Positions 1 through 10,176 of a stretch of DNA of 64,000 bases are shown here, piece by piece. A program made the translations under genes and the position numbers. The notes under the pieces were generated by a model. It saw only the letters and a list, made by a program, of their open reading frames with translations, was not told where the DNA came from and did not search any database. Every line of letters begins with the position of its first letter. The first letter of the stretch is position 1. Location of the stretch: the NCBI GenBank assembly GCA_015521735.1, contig WANQ01000043.1, positions 30,454 to 94,453 of the forward strand. The letters are read 5' to 3'. Source of the DNA: Pyrodictiaceae archaeon (GTDB lineage: Archaea > Thermoproteota > Thermoprotei_A > Sulfolobales > WANQ01).

Positions 1-1
1 A

Positions 2-208
2 CATCTTGCTCGTATGCTTATAGGCGGGGATAATAGGCAGGTAGTACCGTTATCGGCTATAATTGGTGGAAGTCTCTTAGTCTTAGCAGACGTAGCTGTA
101 AGAATTATTTCAGCATATGGTGTAGGTGAACTCCCTGTAAGCGCTATAACAAGTATTATAGGAGCTCCATTCTTCGCATACCTGCTAATAAGGAAGATGC
201 GGGGTTAG
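2..208 (+). CDS. FecCD/BtuC-family ABC permease, C-terminal fragment (runs off window)
   Basis: Frame is open from base 2 (HLARMLIG...); ends in ELPVSAITSIIGAPFF, the FecCD C-terminal signature; followed by a matching ATPase. Confidence 0.88.
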   Translation, partial: HLARMLIGGDNRQVVPLSAIIGGSLLVLADVAVRIISAYGVGELPVSAITSIIGAPFFAYLLIRKMRG

Positions 209-215
209 AGTGTAA

Positions 216-995
216 ATGAAGGTGAAGGTTCTAGGAGTTGAATTCTACTATGATTCCCTAAAAGTACTAGATAACGTGGAGTTCGAGGTTAATGAAGGTG
301 AACTAGTATCGATAATTGGCCCTAATGGAGCAGGTAAGACAACACTACTTAAATGCATTGCAAGAATACTTAAGCCTAGGAAAGGAGCCGTATACGTAGA
401 TGGAGTAAGCTTATGGAGTCTTAAGCCTAGAGAAGCTGCTAGAATAGTTGCCTATGCTGAAACAAGTATTGTACCAGAATTCCAGTTAACTGTACTAGAC
501 TATGTGTTAACCGCAAGATACCCGCATACTAATCCGGTAAAGTTATGGGAGGATTACAGGGATATAGAGATTGTAGAACAAGCACTTAGAGAGCTAGGTA
601 TAGCTCATTTAGCTAATCGTAAGCTTGGACAAATTAGTAGTGGTGAACTTCAACGTGTTATACTTGCACGGATAATTGCGCAGGAGCCAAAGGTACTGTT
701 AATTGATGAGCCAACAGCATTCCTAGACCTTAAGTATAGGCTTGAAGTAATGGAAATTTTAAGAAAGCTCTCAAAGGAGAAAAACCTTACAATTATAGTA
801 GCTATACATGACTTGGAGCTAGCAGCAAGATACTCAGATAAACTAATACTAATACATAAGGGAAAAATCGTAGCAGCAGGTAGTCCAAGAACTGTGCTTA
901 CACCAGAAAACATTGAGAAGACTTATGGCGTAAAAGTTGACGTAATAGAACACTTTAAGCACGGCTTAATAATTGTACCATTAGAGCCTCTCTAA
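216..995 (+). CDS. Iron-siderophore/cobalamin ABC transporter ATP-binding protein
   Basis: Walker A GPNGAGKTT, signature SSGELQR, Walker B LLIDEPT, H-loop IHDL. Confidence 0.92.
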   Translation: MKVKVLGVEFYYDSLKVLDNVEFEVNEGELVSIIGPNGAGKTTLLKCIARILKPRKGAVYVDGVSLWSLKPREAARIVAYAETSIVPEFQLTVLDYVLTARYPHTNPVKLWEDYRDIEIVEQALRELGIAHLANRKLGQISSGELQRVILARIIAQEPKVLLIDEPTAFLDLKYRLEVMEILRKLSKEKNLTIIVAIHDLELAARYSDKLILIHKGKIVAAGSPRTVLTPENIEKTYGVKVDVIEHFKHGLIIVPLEPL

Positions 996-1949
996 CTATA
1001 ACTCCATGACAAGTCTCCTAAGTACTGGATCAGATGTAACATAGGTTGCCCCCCTCTTCTCAACTATGAATGCATATTCAAGGTTACGGAGCATATCTCT
1101 CAACACCTTCTTATTAACATTTAAGCCTAGCTCTAGATCTCTCCAACGTGCTGGAAGCATCTTTAACAATCTAATATACTTGTCTCTATTCTTCTTGTTG
1201 GATAGGAAGCGTTCTAATTCATTCATCATTATCTTCTTACCCTCACTATATACTAGTTCCAATGCCTTACTGTGAGGTACTCTTCTAATACACCTATAGT
1301 TGCCGTAGTATGCCAGCCATCCAACATATCCATTAAATAACTCTACAACTTCGTCAATCTCACTATCACTAATCCTTAAACCGCATTCACTAAATCCTTG
1401 TAGAAGAAACTCCCTACTTAGTTCACGAGTGAAAGGATTAAGTCTTAGAATTGCAGGTTGCCTACCATACATGGGATTTAGTGGCCCAGGCTCTATTAAG
1501 TTCTTTATAACCCCCACCATGGAGCCTGTGAACACGAATCTTATGTCATATGTATCCCATACCCTCTTCAATATCTTTAAGAAATAATTTGATGGAAGCT
1601 CCTGAACTTCGTCTAACCCTATAACCCTACCTTCTAATTTGGAGAACACATCATCTACTATCTTAGTCCATGTAACTTTAGCTAATCCTAAATCAATACT
1701 TATCTTTAAATCCCTAACGTGCTTCATTAACTCTGCTATTAGTTCTCGTATACTTCTCATACCCATAGCATTAACATATATCCCGTCTACCTCGTTTAGA
1801 AATGTCTTCAACAATGATGTTTTACCTGTCATCCTCTTACCAAGAACTATTACCCATTCTGTTCTAGTAAGCCTATGCAATTCTCTTAACTCTTCTTCTC
1901 TATCAAATAGCTCATCCCTATTCTCCTTAGGTGTTAATTTAAACAACAT
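996..1949 (-). CDS. Archaeal ATPase (ATPase_2/AAA family, C-terminal winged helix)
   Basis: LFDREEEL N-terminus, GKRMTGKTS P-loop, LDEVQ, TGS and YGR motifs, C-terminal SDPVLR. Confidence 0.85.
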   Translation of the reverse strand: MLFKLTPKENRDELFDREEELRELHRLTRTEWVIVLGKRMTGKTSLLKTFLNEVDGIYVNAMGMRSIRELIAELMKHVRDLKISIDLGLAKVTWTKIVDDVFSKLEGRVIGLDEVQELPSNYFLKILKRVWDTYDIRFVFTGSMVGVIKNLIEPGPLNPMYGRQPAILRLNPFTRELSREFLLQGFSECGLRISDSEIDEVVELFNGYVGWLAYYGNYRCIRRVPHSKALELVYSEGKKIMMNELERFLSNKKNRDKYIRLLKMLPARWRDLELGLNVNKKVLRDMLRNLEYAFIVEKRGATYVTSDPVLRRLVMEL

Positions 1950-1952
1950 GAT

Positions 1953-1986
1953 AGGTTACCTAGGTAACTGGTTACCTAGGTAACCT
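1953..1986. promoter_or_regulatory. Double palindrome (2 x GTTACCTAGGTAAC) between the TATA box and the ATPase start; putative operator
   Basis: AGGTTACCTAGGTAAC-TG-GTTACCTAGGTAACCT, with 16-bp perfect arms. Confidence 0.65.
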
Positions 1987-2023
1987 TTATATTGTTTACT
2001 CAGACCACCTGCTTAACTAAGTA

Positions 2024-2824
2024 CTACTTGATTTCAAGGAATACTCCTTTCTGTGAAAGTTCCTTTAGTCTATCCATTATTATCTTTATCATTTCCCCTA
2101 AAACTTTCCTATTATCATATCTCTCTATTATCTCTCTTAGAACTTGTGGAGGTTCTTTTTTGAGTTTTAAAGCTTCCTTAACCATTAACGGCATTGCTCT
2201 TACAACGTTATCTACTATTGTTATGTTAGCCATTTGAGCTGTTCTTGAGAAGGGGTTAAGGTCTATTGCTATAACTGTTTTACCCATTCTCCTTAACGCT
2301 TCAGTTCTATCACCATCCTCTAATGGTACTAAGACCACGTCAGCTACGAGTATTCCACGTGGACTAACCCTCCTACGCTCACTATGTAGCTCCGGTATTG
2401 TAGCTGAAGCATCATCACCTACTCCTAAAACCTCTTTTGCACCATATTCTTTGAGTAGTTGAGCTATTTTTTCCTCTCTCTCCCTAGTACGGTAAAACAG
2501 GTTAACCTCTATTTTAGCACCAGTAGCCTCAGCTAATCTAACAATATGCTCTGGTACTAGTACAGCAGTATTACCGTTAACCGAGATCACGGGATGCTTA
2601 GCCAACAACATTGATGCTACAGCAGCCCTAATAGCCTCCATTGCAGGAGGCCAAGTTTTCTCACCGAGAATGTAGTCAAAGCACTCTCCTCGTCCATGAG
2701 CTATTAGTCCTTCTAAGACAACAATACCCTTCCTAACACCATCAACTATCTTCTCACGTAATAACAATGACTCATACCTAGGATGACTAGGAGGTATTTT
2801 AACCACGAAATACCAGCCTCCCAT
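2024..2824 (-). CDS. Archaeal phosphopantothenate synthetase (4-phosphopantoate--beta-alanine ligase)
   Basis: IPPSHPRYESL, GLIAHGRGECFDY, ISVNGN, LEDGDRTEAL and IDLNPFSRTA motifs; true start is probably the GTG near 2806. Confidence 0.93.
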   Translation of the reverse strand: MGGWYFVVKIPPSHPRYESLLLREKIVDGVRKGIVVLEGLIAHGRGECFDYILGEKTWPPAMEAIRAAVASMLLAKHPVISVNGNTAVLVPEHIVRLAEATGAKIEVNLFYRTREREEKIAQLLKEYGAKEVLGVGDDASATIPELHSERRRVSPRGILVADVVLVPLEDGDRTEALRRMGKTVIAIDLNPFSRTAQMANITIVDNVVRAMPLMVKEALKLKKEPPQVLREIIERYDNRKVLGEMIKIIMDRLKELSQKGVFLEIK

Positions 2825-2833
2825 CCTCCTCCT

Positions 2834-4513
2834 TCAACCTAATCCTGCTAGCCTACTAGATAACTCTGTCATAGAGTTAATGTACTCTCTAGCACCATCA
2901 ATACTTACAACACTATTTAGCAGACTAGATAAATAATCTATTCCGCCACTAAGAGACCATATACCTAACATAACTATGATCAAGGCTATAACAAATAATA
3001 CTGCTACTGGTAATGGATGCTCTTTAACTCTGCCTATAAGCTCTGTAGGCCTAGCTGGAACAATTAAACTCACAATAACCTTCATATAACCCAATATGCT
3101 AATAGCAGTTGACAAAACCAGTATTATAGCAAATACTACAAGCCCACTATTCATTAACGCATTATATATTAGCAACTTACTAAAGAAGCCACCCAAGGGA
3201 GGAATACCTAGTAAGTGAAGTAATCCTAAGATAAGAGCAAACGTTGTAAACGGTAACAGCTTACCCAGCCCCCTCATATCATTAATACTTCTCGAATCTA
3301 CAGCATCTATGTACACACCAGAGGCCATGAACAATAATGTTTTACCAAATGAGTGATTTATAATATGTAGTACTACACCTGTTATAGCTATAGAAGCTAT
3401 TCCCACATCAACACTACTTAACCCGACACCAATACCCATAAACACTATTCCTAGATGAGCAATAGTAGAGTATGCAAGCAATCTCTTAATATCATCCTGT
3501 ATAACCATTACCAGTGCTCCAAGAATAGCCGAAATAGCTCCCAGTATAAGCAAAACCACTAATATCGCATCACGTAAGCTAATACCACTTACAACCATAT
3601 CAAGCGTCGAGTTAACTCCAAATAGAGTATAAACGAATCTTAAAGTAGCATAAGCACCCATCTTAACAACTAAGCCAGATAAAGCAGCTGAAACAGGAGT
3701 AGGAGCTTCAGGATGTGCATCAGGTAACCAGAAGTGATTAGGGAATACAGCCGCCTTAAACGTGAAAGCCCATAAGGCTAAAGCCATAGCTATTGATGTA
3801 GCAATCAATGTATTACCATAGCCTGTACCAGATACAAGTGCTAGGTAACGGCACGAGTCAACATCATGAAGGCAAAGCCATGGTCTAGCCTTTAATGCTA
3901 AATCAGCCATATTAACTGTACCATAGGTTCCATAAATAAACACTATTGCTAGAAAATACATTGTTGTAGCAGTAGCACCTATAACAGAATACTTAACAGC
4001 TGCTTCAACAGCCTCTTTCTTAGACCTATGGAAAGCCACTAAACCATAAGCAGCAATAGCTAGTAACTCTATCATAACGAACAAGTTGAATATATCACCA
4101 GTATAAACTATACCAAGCATACCAGTCTCCAACAATAATAGCAACGTATAGTACCATTCAACACCATCTCTCTCCCACATATACCACCAACTATACAATA
4201 TAACAAGTAACATATCAAATGCTACTAGTAGTCCAAGTATAGCTCCAAGACCATCAACTTCATAGACTATGCCTATAGGCCCTGGCCAACCACCAAAGGG
4301 ATATATTATAGGCTTACCTAAAACAACAACCATATTATAGCTAACCAAAGCATAAACTAGAGCTACAACACCAAATACTAGACCATAGACATGATAAAAC
4401 CATTTTCTATCACCAACAACAAGAGATATCAATGGTAGTGCAAATGAAGCTATAGTTAGTATTAGTGGAGCTAAACCTAAACCCACATAAACCTCCATAA
4501 CATCACCCCTCAA
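2834..4513 (-). CDS. mnhD: Mrp/Mnh Na+/H+ antiporter subunit D
   Basis: GGWPGPIGI, TGDIFNLFVMIE, HFWLPDAHPEAPTPVSAALSG and KRLLAYS motifs. Confidence 0.9.
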   Translation of the reverse strand: MRGDVMEVYVGLGLAPLILTIASFALPLISLVVGDRKWFYHVYGLVFGVVALVYALVSYNMVVVLGKPIIYPFGGWPGPIGIVYEVDGLGAILGLLVAFDMLLVILYSWWYMWERDGVEWYYTLLLLLETGMLGIVYTGDIFNLFVMIELLAIAAYGLVAFHRSKKEAVEAAVKYSVIGATATTMYFLAIVFIYGTYGTVNMADLALKARPWLCLHDVDSCRYLALVSGTGYGNTLIATSIAMALALWAFTFKAAVFPNHFWLPDAHPEAPTPVSAALSGLVVKMGAYATLRFVYTLFGVNSTLDMVVSGISLRDAILVVLLILGAISAILGALVMVIQDDIKRLLAYSTIAHLGIVFMGIGVGLSSVDVGIASIAITGVVLHIINHSFGKTLLFMASGVYIDAVDSRSINDMRGLGKLLPFTTFALILGLLHLLGIPPLGGFFSKLLIYNALMNSGLVVFAIILVLSTAISILGYMKVIVSLIVPARPTELIGRVKEHPLPVAVLFVIALIIVMLGIWSLSGGIDYLSSLLNSVVSIDGAREYINSMTELSSRLAGLG

Positions 4514-5022
4514 TCAAATATCTTCTTAGCATATCTTTCAAACAATTCACTAATCTCAAGCCTAGCTTTCTCAGGCTCAGGGGTTTTAACATCTATCCAG
4601 TGCACATAGAATATCCTTCTATCCTTATCAAGATCTACAACAACTGTTCCAGGAGTATTAGTTATAGAGCATGCTACAAGTGCTTCAGCATAATCTGATT
4701 CAACACGATAAGGTACACGCACTATACCTGGATTAATAGGCATACGTGGACTAAGAGCACGCCTAATAACATCTAGGTGTGCTTTAACCTCACTTACAAG
4801 GAAATAGTGGAATACGTATTGGATAAGCCATCTAAGCCTATTAATACTGTAAGCTTTAGAAGGATTAGATACAACTACATTAGCTGTAATCAACCCTATA
4901 ACAACTGCTACAGCAATACCAGTAACAATATCATATAATCTAATAGACCCAGTAAACACTATGTACACGATAAACGATAACAGCATTAATGGTAACGCCT
5001 TAACTATTCTCACAGCACTCAA
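4510..5022 (-). CDS. mnhE: Mrp/Mnh antiporter subunit E
   Basis: INPGIV...SITNTPGTVVVD...YVHWID. Confidence 0.9.
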   Translation of the reverse strand: MSAVRIVKALPLMLLSFIVYIVFTGSIRLYDIVTGIAVAVVIGLITANVVVSNPSKAYSINRLRWLIQYVFHYFLVSEVKAHLDVIRRALSPRMPINPGIVRVPYRVESDYAEALVACSITNTPGTVVVDLDKDRRIFYVHWIDVKTPEPEKARLEISELFERYAKKIFD

Positions 5023-5414
5023 ATCCTCCTCACCTTACGAACATCAACTGTACCATAAAGCCTATAATACTGGATTATAATGAATGCAATAAACAATGTA
5101 ATAGCAAGACCAATAACTATAGCCGTAAGCACAAGCGCCTGAGGTAACGGGTCAACAGCAGAACTAGTATACTCCTCTAACACCCTACGTGTAACAGGTA
5201 GTTCAGGTATAACAGGGGGTTTCGGCAACGCGTTACGAGGCCAACGATAACCTACTAGTACAGCAAAAGCATTTGCTGTATCACTAAGAATTGTAATTGC
5301 AATAAGCTTCTTAACCAAACTAGGCCTAGCAAATATACCATACAATGCTATTCCAAGATTAACGTAAAGCGATAGCACTATAACGTAGGCTGTCAACACA
5401 GCTATATTAGTCAC
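5019..5414 (-). CDS. mnhC: Mrp/Mnh antiporter subunit C
   Basis: DPLPQALVLTAIVIG signature. Confidence 0.92.
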   Translation of the reverse strand: MTNIAVLTAYVIVLSLYVNLGIALYGIFARPSLVKKLIAITILSDTANAFAVLVGYRWPRNALPKPPVIPELPVTRRVLEEYTSSAVDPLPQALVLTAIVIGLAITLFIAFIIIQYYRLYGTVDVRKVRRI

Positions 5415-6210
5415 GTGTAACCACCTCCCTTACATCCTCTTCACTTACAGATAATAGTAGGAAGACTATCATGAAGCCAAAGGCTACTGCAATAAACTCT
5501 GATAAATTAAAGAACAATAAGCTTCCACCAAGAGTATAGTCATCTACAAGCGAAGGATAACTTAATGGAGCATCAAGTTTAGCTTGATTCTGGAATATAT
5601 AGGCGTTGACACCGAGAAGAAACGATATGAGTAATAATCCTATGCTAGTTAAGCCTACTCCAAGCAAACCAATACTACGTAAAAGCAATGCTCTCTCCTT
5701 AGATAATCCATGCCCTGGTAGAAAATACCTAGAAAACACTATTATGGCTAACACTATGACAACTGTTGCAATACTACCAGCTTGAAATCCTCCACCAGGG
5801 GTAAGGTGTCCGTGAAGTGCTACTGATGCAGCAACAGTGGGTATTAATACAAATGATAATCTGGTAACAGTTTTAGCTATAGGGCTAAGACCCGTACCTC
5901 CACGACTATGAGTAATCTTAACACCACGATACAATGCTATAGAAGCAATTATAGCACCATAAAATACTGCTGTTTCATACAATGTATCTAAGCCACGGAA
6001 ATCCCATATAATAGCAGTAACTGATTCAAGAGCAAACGATGTAAGAAACCTACGCCAAGGATTATATGTTAGGTTAAGATACTGGTAGGCAATATCCCTT
6101 ACATCAACTGGTGGTAATGGGCCTAACCCGCCAAGACTAGTGATGTATGCTAAGCTAAGCACAAATATAGCAATCGATATAGCTACAAATACATCTATCT
6201 TAGTAACCAC
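5407..6210 (-). CDS. mnhB: Mrp/Mnh antiporter subunit B (with an MrpA C-terminal/MbhE-like N-terminal part)
   Basis: VTAIIWDFRGLDTLYE followed by HGHLTPGGGFQAG. Confidence 0.88.
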   Translation of the reverse strand: MVTKIDVFVAISIAIFVLSLAYITSLGGLGPLPPVDVRDIAYQYLNLTYNPWRRFLTSFALESVTAIIWDFRGLDTLYETAVFYGAIIASIALYRGVKITHSRGGTGLSPIAKTVTRLSFVLIPTVAASVALHGHLTPGGGFQAGSIATVVIVLAIIVFSRYFLPGHGLSKERALLLRSIGLLGVGLTSIGLLLISFLLGVNAYIFQNQAKLDAPLSYPSLVDDYTLGGSLLFFNLSEFIAVAFGFMIVFLLLSVSEEDVREVVTRD

Positions 6211-6212
6211 GT

Positions 6213-6479
6213 TTACTCACCCTCATATCTCTCAGTCTTCTTTATCACAAACAATAGAACAGCAGGAATCAAGCCAACAGATACGGGAATGTAAACCAGA
6301 ACTATGTCTGGAGCCATTAACACATAGTAGATTAACGCATACATAGAACTCTGAATAGCAGAGAAAACAACAGCCCTAACAAGATCACGTTCACGTATAG
6401 CTAAGTAGGCAGCAACAACACTAGTTAACGCAAACAATGTAAGTAAAGCTAAAGTAAAGACCTCTAACACTACAATCAC
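6213..6479 (-). CDS. Mrp subunit, DUF4040/MbhD-like
   Basis: Small three-TM protein with RDLVRAV and LMAPDIVL motifs; lies inside the mnh operon. Confidence 0.82.
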   Translation of the reverse strand: MIVVLEVFTLALLTLFALTSVVAAYLAIRERDLVRAVVFSAIQSSMYALIYYVLMAPDIVLVYIPVSVGLIPAVLLFVIKKTERYEGE

Positions 6480-6850
6480 CCCTTAATCCTAGCTCTATCC
6501 TCCTCTAAGTGGTCAACAACTTTTGGTTTAACAGCAACTACTCCTGCTCTATGAGCTGCACGTGCAAGAACATGAGTACCTACTGGTGCTAAGATGACAA
6601 TTAATATTGCTGTAATAATGCTTGCACCAGCTAGGAAGAACCTATATGTGCCAAGCCATTCAGCTCCAAGAGCTATAAGGGCAACACCAATTAATGGTAC
6701 AAATGCTCCACCAATAGTACCAACTGTTGCAGCATGCAATCTTACATAGAAGTTAGGGAAACGTAGCATACCTATACTTGCAGCTAAATCACAGAAAACC
6801 CCTATAGCTACCAGTATCTCCCCTAAGTACACTAGTATCTCGTTAATCAT
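6476..6850 (-). CDS. mnhG: Mrp/Mnh antiporter subunit G
   Basis: IGMLRFPNFYVRLHAAT and APVGTHVLARAA. Confidence 0.9.
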   Translation of the reverse strand: MINEILVYLGEILVAIGVFCDLAASIGMLRFPNFYVRLHAATVGTIGGAFVPLIGVALIALGAEWLGTYRFFLAGASIITAILIVILAPVGTHVLARAAHRAGVVAVKPKVVDHLEEDRARIKG

Positions 6851-6853
6851 ATC

Positions 6854-7138
6854 TTAATCACCCATATCACGTGCTTCAAAGTACTTAGATACATATACAT
6901 CTAAAGCATAAACCCATAAGGATAATACAACAGCACATGATATGAGTATAGGTGACCTGTAGAGAATAGATAATAGGGCTAGGAAAGCCGCAATATCAAA
7001 CGATAGAGCATCAATCGCCAATACTGAGTCGGGTATAGTAGGGCCACGTATAGCACGTATAATATACAATGTGAATGCTAGAAGGTATAAGGGGAAAACA
7101 GCTAGTATGAACAGTGTAACTTGTTGTTCAAGGCTCAA
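6854..7138 (-). CDS. mnhF: Mrp/Mnh antiporter subunit F
   Basis: RAIRGPTIPDSVLAID motif. Confidence 0.88.
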   Translation of the reverse strand: MSLEQQVTLFILAVFPLYLLAFTLYIIRAIRGPTIPDSVLAIDALSFDIAAFLALLSILYRSPILISCAVVLSLWVYALDVYVSKYFEARDMGD

Positions 7139-7235
7139 ACCCCTTATCCCCCCACATAGTTAGCGTTAACCAGATAAAAACTTATGCAACTTTTGATATA
7201 ATCGTATAGTATTAGTAAAAGTATTGTTAGGTAAA

Positions 7236-7493
7236 TCAATCCTCTAACACCAACTTAACATATTCATCTCCACCTATTTCACGGCCAATAAGCTTCCGAA
7301 CCAATTCTAGATCAGTTACATCTAGTTCAAAATTCCTTGAAAGCAAATTAAGGTATTCTCTACCAATAAACGCTATATCATCTAAGCTTAACCTCTTAAC
7401 CAAACTACAAGTACTATAAGACGAGACTATATGCCTTGACACTGGATTAAGTACTTCATGGTACTTACAAACATATACTAGTATCCCCTTCAC
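7236..7493 (-). CDS. Small hypothetical protein at the end of the group 4 hydrogenase operon
   Basis: Start overlaps the small-subunit stop codon (translational coupling); no recognisable motif. Confidence 0.6.
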   Translation of the reverse strand: MKGILVYVCKYHEVLNPVSRHIVSSYSTCSLVKRLSLDDIAFIGREYLNLLSRNFELDVTDLELVRKLIGREIGGDEYVKLVLED

Positions 7494-7990
7494 TTTACCT
7501 CAACCACCTCCTCCTTAACCTTAGGCTTAGCTATACCAAGCAAAACCGCTACACCATAAATTATTGCTTCAGGTCTAGCAGGGCATCCTGGAACATAGAC
7601 TAGTTTATCTATTTCAACTCCATTCTCCTCTAACACCTTTTTCAATCCTTCAACACCACCACTAACACTATACGAGTCATGCCATATACCTCCACCTACA
7701 GCACAAGCACCAATAGCTAGCACTAGCCTTGGCCTAGGAACAGCTCTTAACGCATTTACAACCTTAGGCAATGTTTTACGCGTCACGGGCCCAGTCATTA
7801 ATACTAGATCAGCATGTCTAGGAGAAGCTACTGGCTTTATACCAAATCTCTCAACATCAAAGTATGGTGTAAGTACATCGAGTATCTCTATATCACAGGC
7901 ATTACAGCTACCAGTATTAAGGTGGAAAACCCAGATACTCCTACGTATAGCTTTAAGTGCTTCTAATAAGTTATCTCTCCGATTCTCCAT
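7490..7990 (-). CDS. Group 4 [NiFe]-hydrogenase small subunit (HycG/NuoB-like)
   Basis: TGSCNACDIE, SPRHAD, IGACAVGGG and VPGCPARPE. Confidence 0.93.
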   Translation of the reverse strand: MENRRDNLLEALKAIRRSIWVFHLNTGSCNACDIEILDVLTPYFDVERFGIKPVASPRHADLVLMTGPVTRKTLPKVVNALRAVPRPRLVLAIGACAVGGGIWHDSYSVSGGVEGLKKVLEENGVEIDKLVYVPGCPARPEAIIYGVAVLLGIAKPKVKEEVVEVK

Positions 7991-8510
7991 AAATCATCCC
8001 CCTACCCATCATTAATCCTTCAATAAATCTACGCTTACGGCACCTGGACCCCATGTGAACATATGTCTCAGTTACTGGTACCCTTGATACAACGTAGCTT
8101 ATCATTCTCTCAGTAGCAGTGGTTTCTTCACCACAACAACTACATGTAGCCTTATAGTGTATAACTCTAGAGTTGAGATCACCTATATTATCAGTGGCTA
8201 ACTCAAATTCCCTACTAATAGTTATAGCTCCTACAGGACATACATCAGCACATCTACCACAGTATATGCATCTACCTATAAAGTAGTTGAGAGCTCTTCT
8301 TTCACCATCATCTACTAGCGTTAACGCATTACTAGGACAAGCATTAACACATGCACCACAGCCAATACACTTACTTGCATCAATACGTATTCTTCCACGA
8401 AACTCCGGTGTAACTAGAGGTGGCTGGAAAGGATACCTAACAGTTACTACTCCGGATCTATGAGCTATTCCTATTAGTTTAAATGGCTTAAGGAGGCTCA
8501 TATCAAACAC
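7971..8510 (-). CDS. 2x[4Fe-4S] subunit (HycF/NuoI-like)
   Basis: TVRYPF...FRGRI, CIGCGACVNACP and CIYCGRCADVCP. Confidence 0.92.
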   Translation of the reverse strand: MFDMSLLKPFKLIGIAHRSGVVTVRYPFQPPLVTPEFRGRIRIDASKCIGCGACVNACPSNALTLVDDGERRALNYFIGRCIYCGRCADVCPVGAITISREFELATDNIGDLNSRVIHYKATCSCCGEETTATERMISYVVSRVPVTETYVHMGSRCRKRRFIEGLMMGRGMIYGESER

Positions 8511-10174
8511 CCAATACAGTTTATTTTAGATAGCTTACGTAGAGAGATAATTCTACGCTTACGTGTACGAGCATCTACTACGACTACACGATCAGTACAA
8601 GAAAAGCATGGATCAATACTCGCAATAGTTAATGGTGCATCAGCTAGTGGTGCATCCTTTAACATAACTTTTAGTGCAGGAATATTCTGGTATGTTGGAG
8701 CTCTAACTCTCCATCTATAGGGTCTACCCTTACCAGTTATAATGAAGTGTATGTCCTCACCACGTGGCGCTTCAACACTTGAAACACCTATCCTACCCTC
8801 TGGTATCTCTAGTTCCTCAGCCATTATTGGTCCTTGAGGTAGTTGGTCTAGTAGTTGGCGTATGATTTCAATACTCTCAAGGACCTCGTCAACTCTAACA
8901 AGTAGTCTAGCTAAATTATCTCCTTCACTATAGACTGGTACCTTAAATGAAACCTCCTTATACGCTGCATAGGGGTAATCTCTTCTAACATCGCGGTTCA
9001 GCCCCGAAGCCCTTGCTACGGGTCCTACAACACTATATGCTCTAGCATCATGTTTAGGAAGTATACCTGTACCTGTAGCACGCTTAACCACTTGCGGGAC
9101 ACTTGTTATAACTTCAACAAGTTTCTTGAACTCGTCCTCAACCCATTTAACTGTGTCTAAGACCTTACCTATCTTATCTCTATTAATGTCCTTTCTAACA
9201 CCTCCTACAAGGTTTATACCATATGTTTTACGGCTACCAGTTAACAGCTCAGCTAAAACCATTGTCTTCTCACGTATTCTCCAAGCATGCATAAAGCCAG
9301 CATCATATCCTAGGAGATGACATGCTACACCAATCCATAATAGGTGGCTGTGAAGCCTCTCTACCTCAAGTACAAGTGATCGTATATATAGTGCTCTTTC
9401 AGGAACATCTATTCTAGCAGCATTCTCAACTGCTTGTGTATAGCATACAGAGTGTACGAAGCCACAAATACCACATATACGTTCAGCTAAGAATGGTACT
9501 TGTTGATAAGTAAATCTTGATTCACCAAGCTTCTCAATACCTCTATGGACATGGAAGCCGTTGTATCTTACATCTACTACTCTTTCACCTTCAACATATA
9601 ACTCAAAGTACTCTGGCTCATGTAGTGCTGGATGATAGGGGCCTACTGGTATTCTTGGCCCACTTATAGCCTCTCTACTTCTAAGAGAGGGTTCAGGTCT
9701 AATATTGTAGGCTACATCCTTACGTAGAGGGTAAAGTCCTTCGGGCCAATCCTCAGGTAAAATAAATCTATATAGTCTTCTACCTTCAACTCTTATACCA
9801 AGTAGATCATACATTTCAAGCTCATACCAGTCAGCTGAAGGAGCAATATCTACAACACTAGGTATACTAGGCTTATCCGAGTCCATGTACGCTACTACTA
9901 TTATGTTAACGTGCTTACTGTCTAGGCCGAAAACATAGTACGCTGAAAACACGCCCTTAACTGGGCGTTCATCTACACCTGCAACTGTTCTAAGATACGC
10001 GTCTAAGTCATTATGTATGATCTTTACTGCTTCTCTAATCCTCTTAACGGGAACTTCAACTAGTATTCCTGCACCAGGAACATACTCTACACTACGTGCT
10101 ATATGGCCTAACTTCTCAGTCAACTGAGCTCTTACTTCTTCCAAGTCTTGTTTACTTGGCTCAAAATCTACCAT
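8498..10174 (-). CDS. Group 4 [NiFe]-hydrogenase large subunit (HycE-like, NuoC+NuoD fused)
   Basis: GPYHPALHEP, ERICGICGFVH (L1), IDPCFSCTDR (L2) and a C-terminal extension. Confidence 0.95.
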   Translation of the reverse strand: MVDFEPSKQDLEEVRAQLTEKLGHIARSVEYVPGAGILVEVPVKRIREAVKIIHNDLDAYLRTVAGVDERPVKGVFSAYYVFGLDSKHVNIIVVAYMDSDKPSIPSVVDIAPSADWYELEMYDLLGIRVEGRRLYRFILPEDWPEGLYPLRKDVAYNIRPEPSLRSREAISGPRIPVGPYHPALHEPEYFELYVEGERVVDVRYNGFHVHRGIEKLGESRFTYQQVPFLAERICGICGFVHSVCYTQAVENAARIDVPERALYIRSLVLEVERLHSHLLWIGVACHLLGYDAGFMHAWRIREKTMVLAELLTGSRKTYGINLVGGVRKDINRDKIGKVLDTVKWVEDEFKKLVEVITSVPQVVKRATGTGILPKHDARAYSVVGPVARASGLNRDVRRDYPYAAYKEVSFKVPVYSEGDNLARLLVRVDEVLESIEIIRQLLDQLPQGPIMAEELEIPEGRIGVSSVEAPRGEDIHFIITGKGRPYRWRVRAPTYQNIPALKVMLKDAPLADAPLTIASIDPCFSCTDRVVVVDARTRKRRIISLRKLSKINCIGCLI

Positions 10175-10176
10175 GC

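Noticed and set aside
7174-7185. ATAAGTTTTTAT shared by the mnhF and hydB upstream regions
   Set aside because: Adequately explained as a generic BRE/TATA promoter; it only suggests the mnh genes have their own promoter
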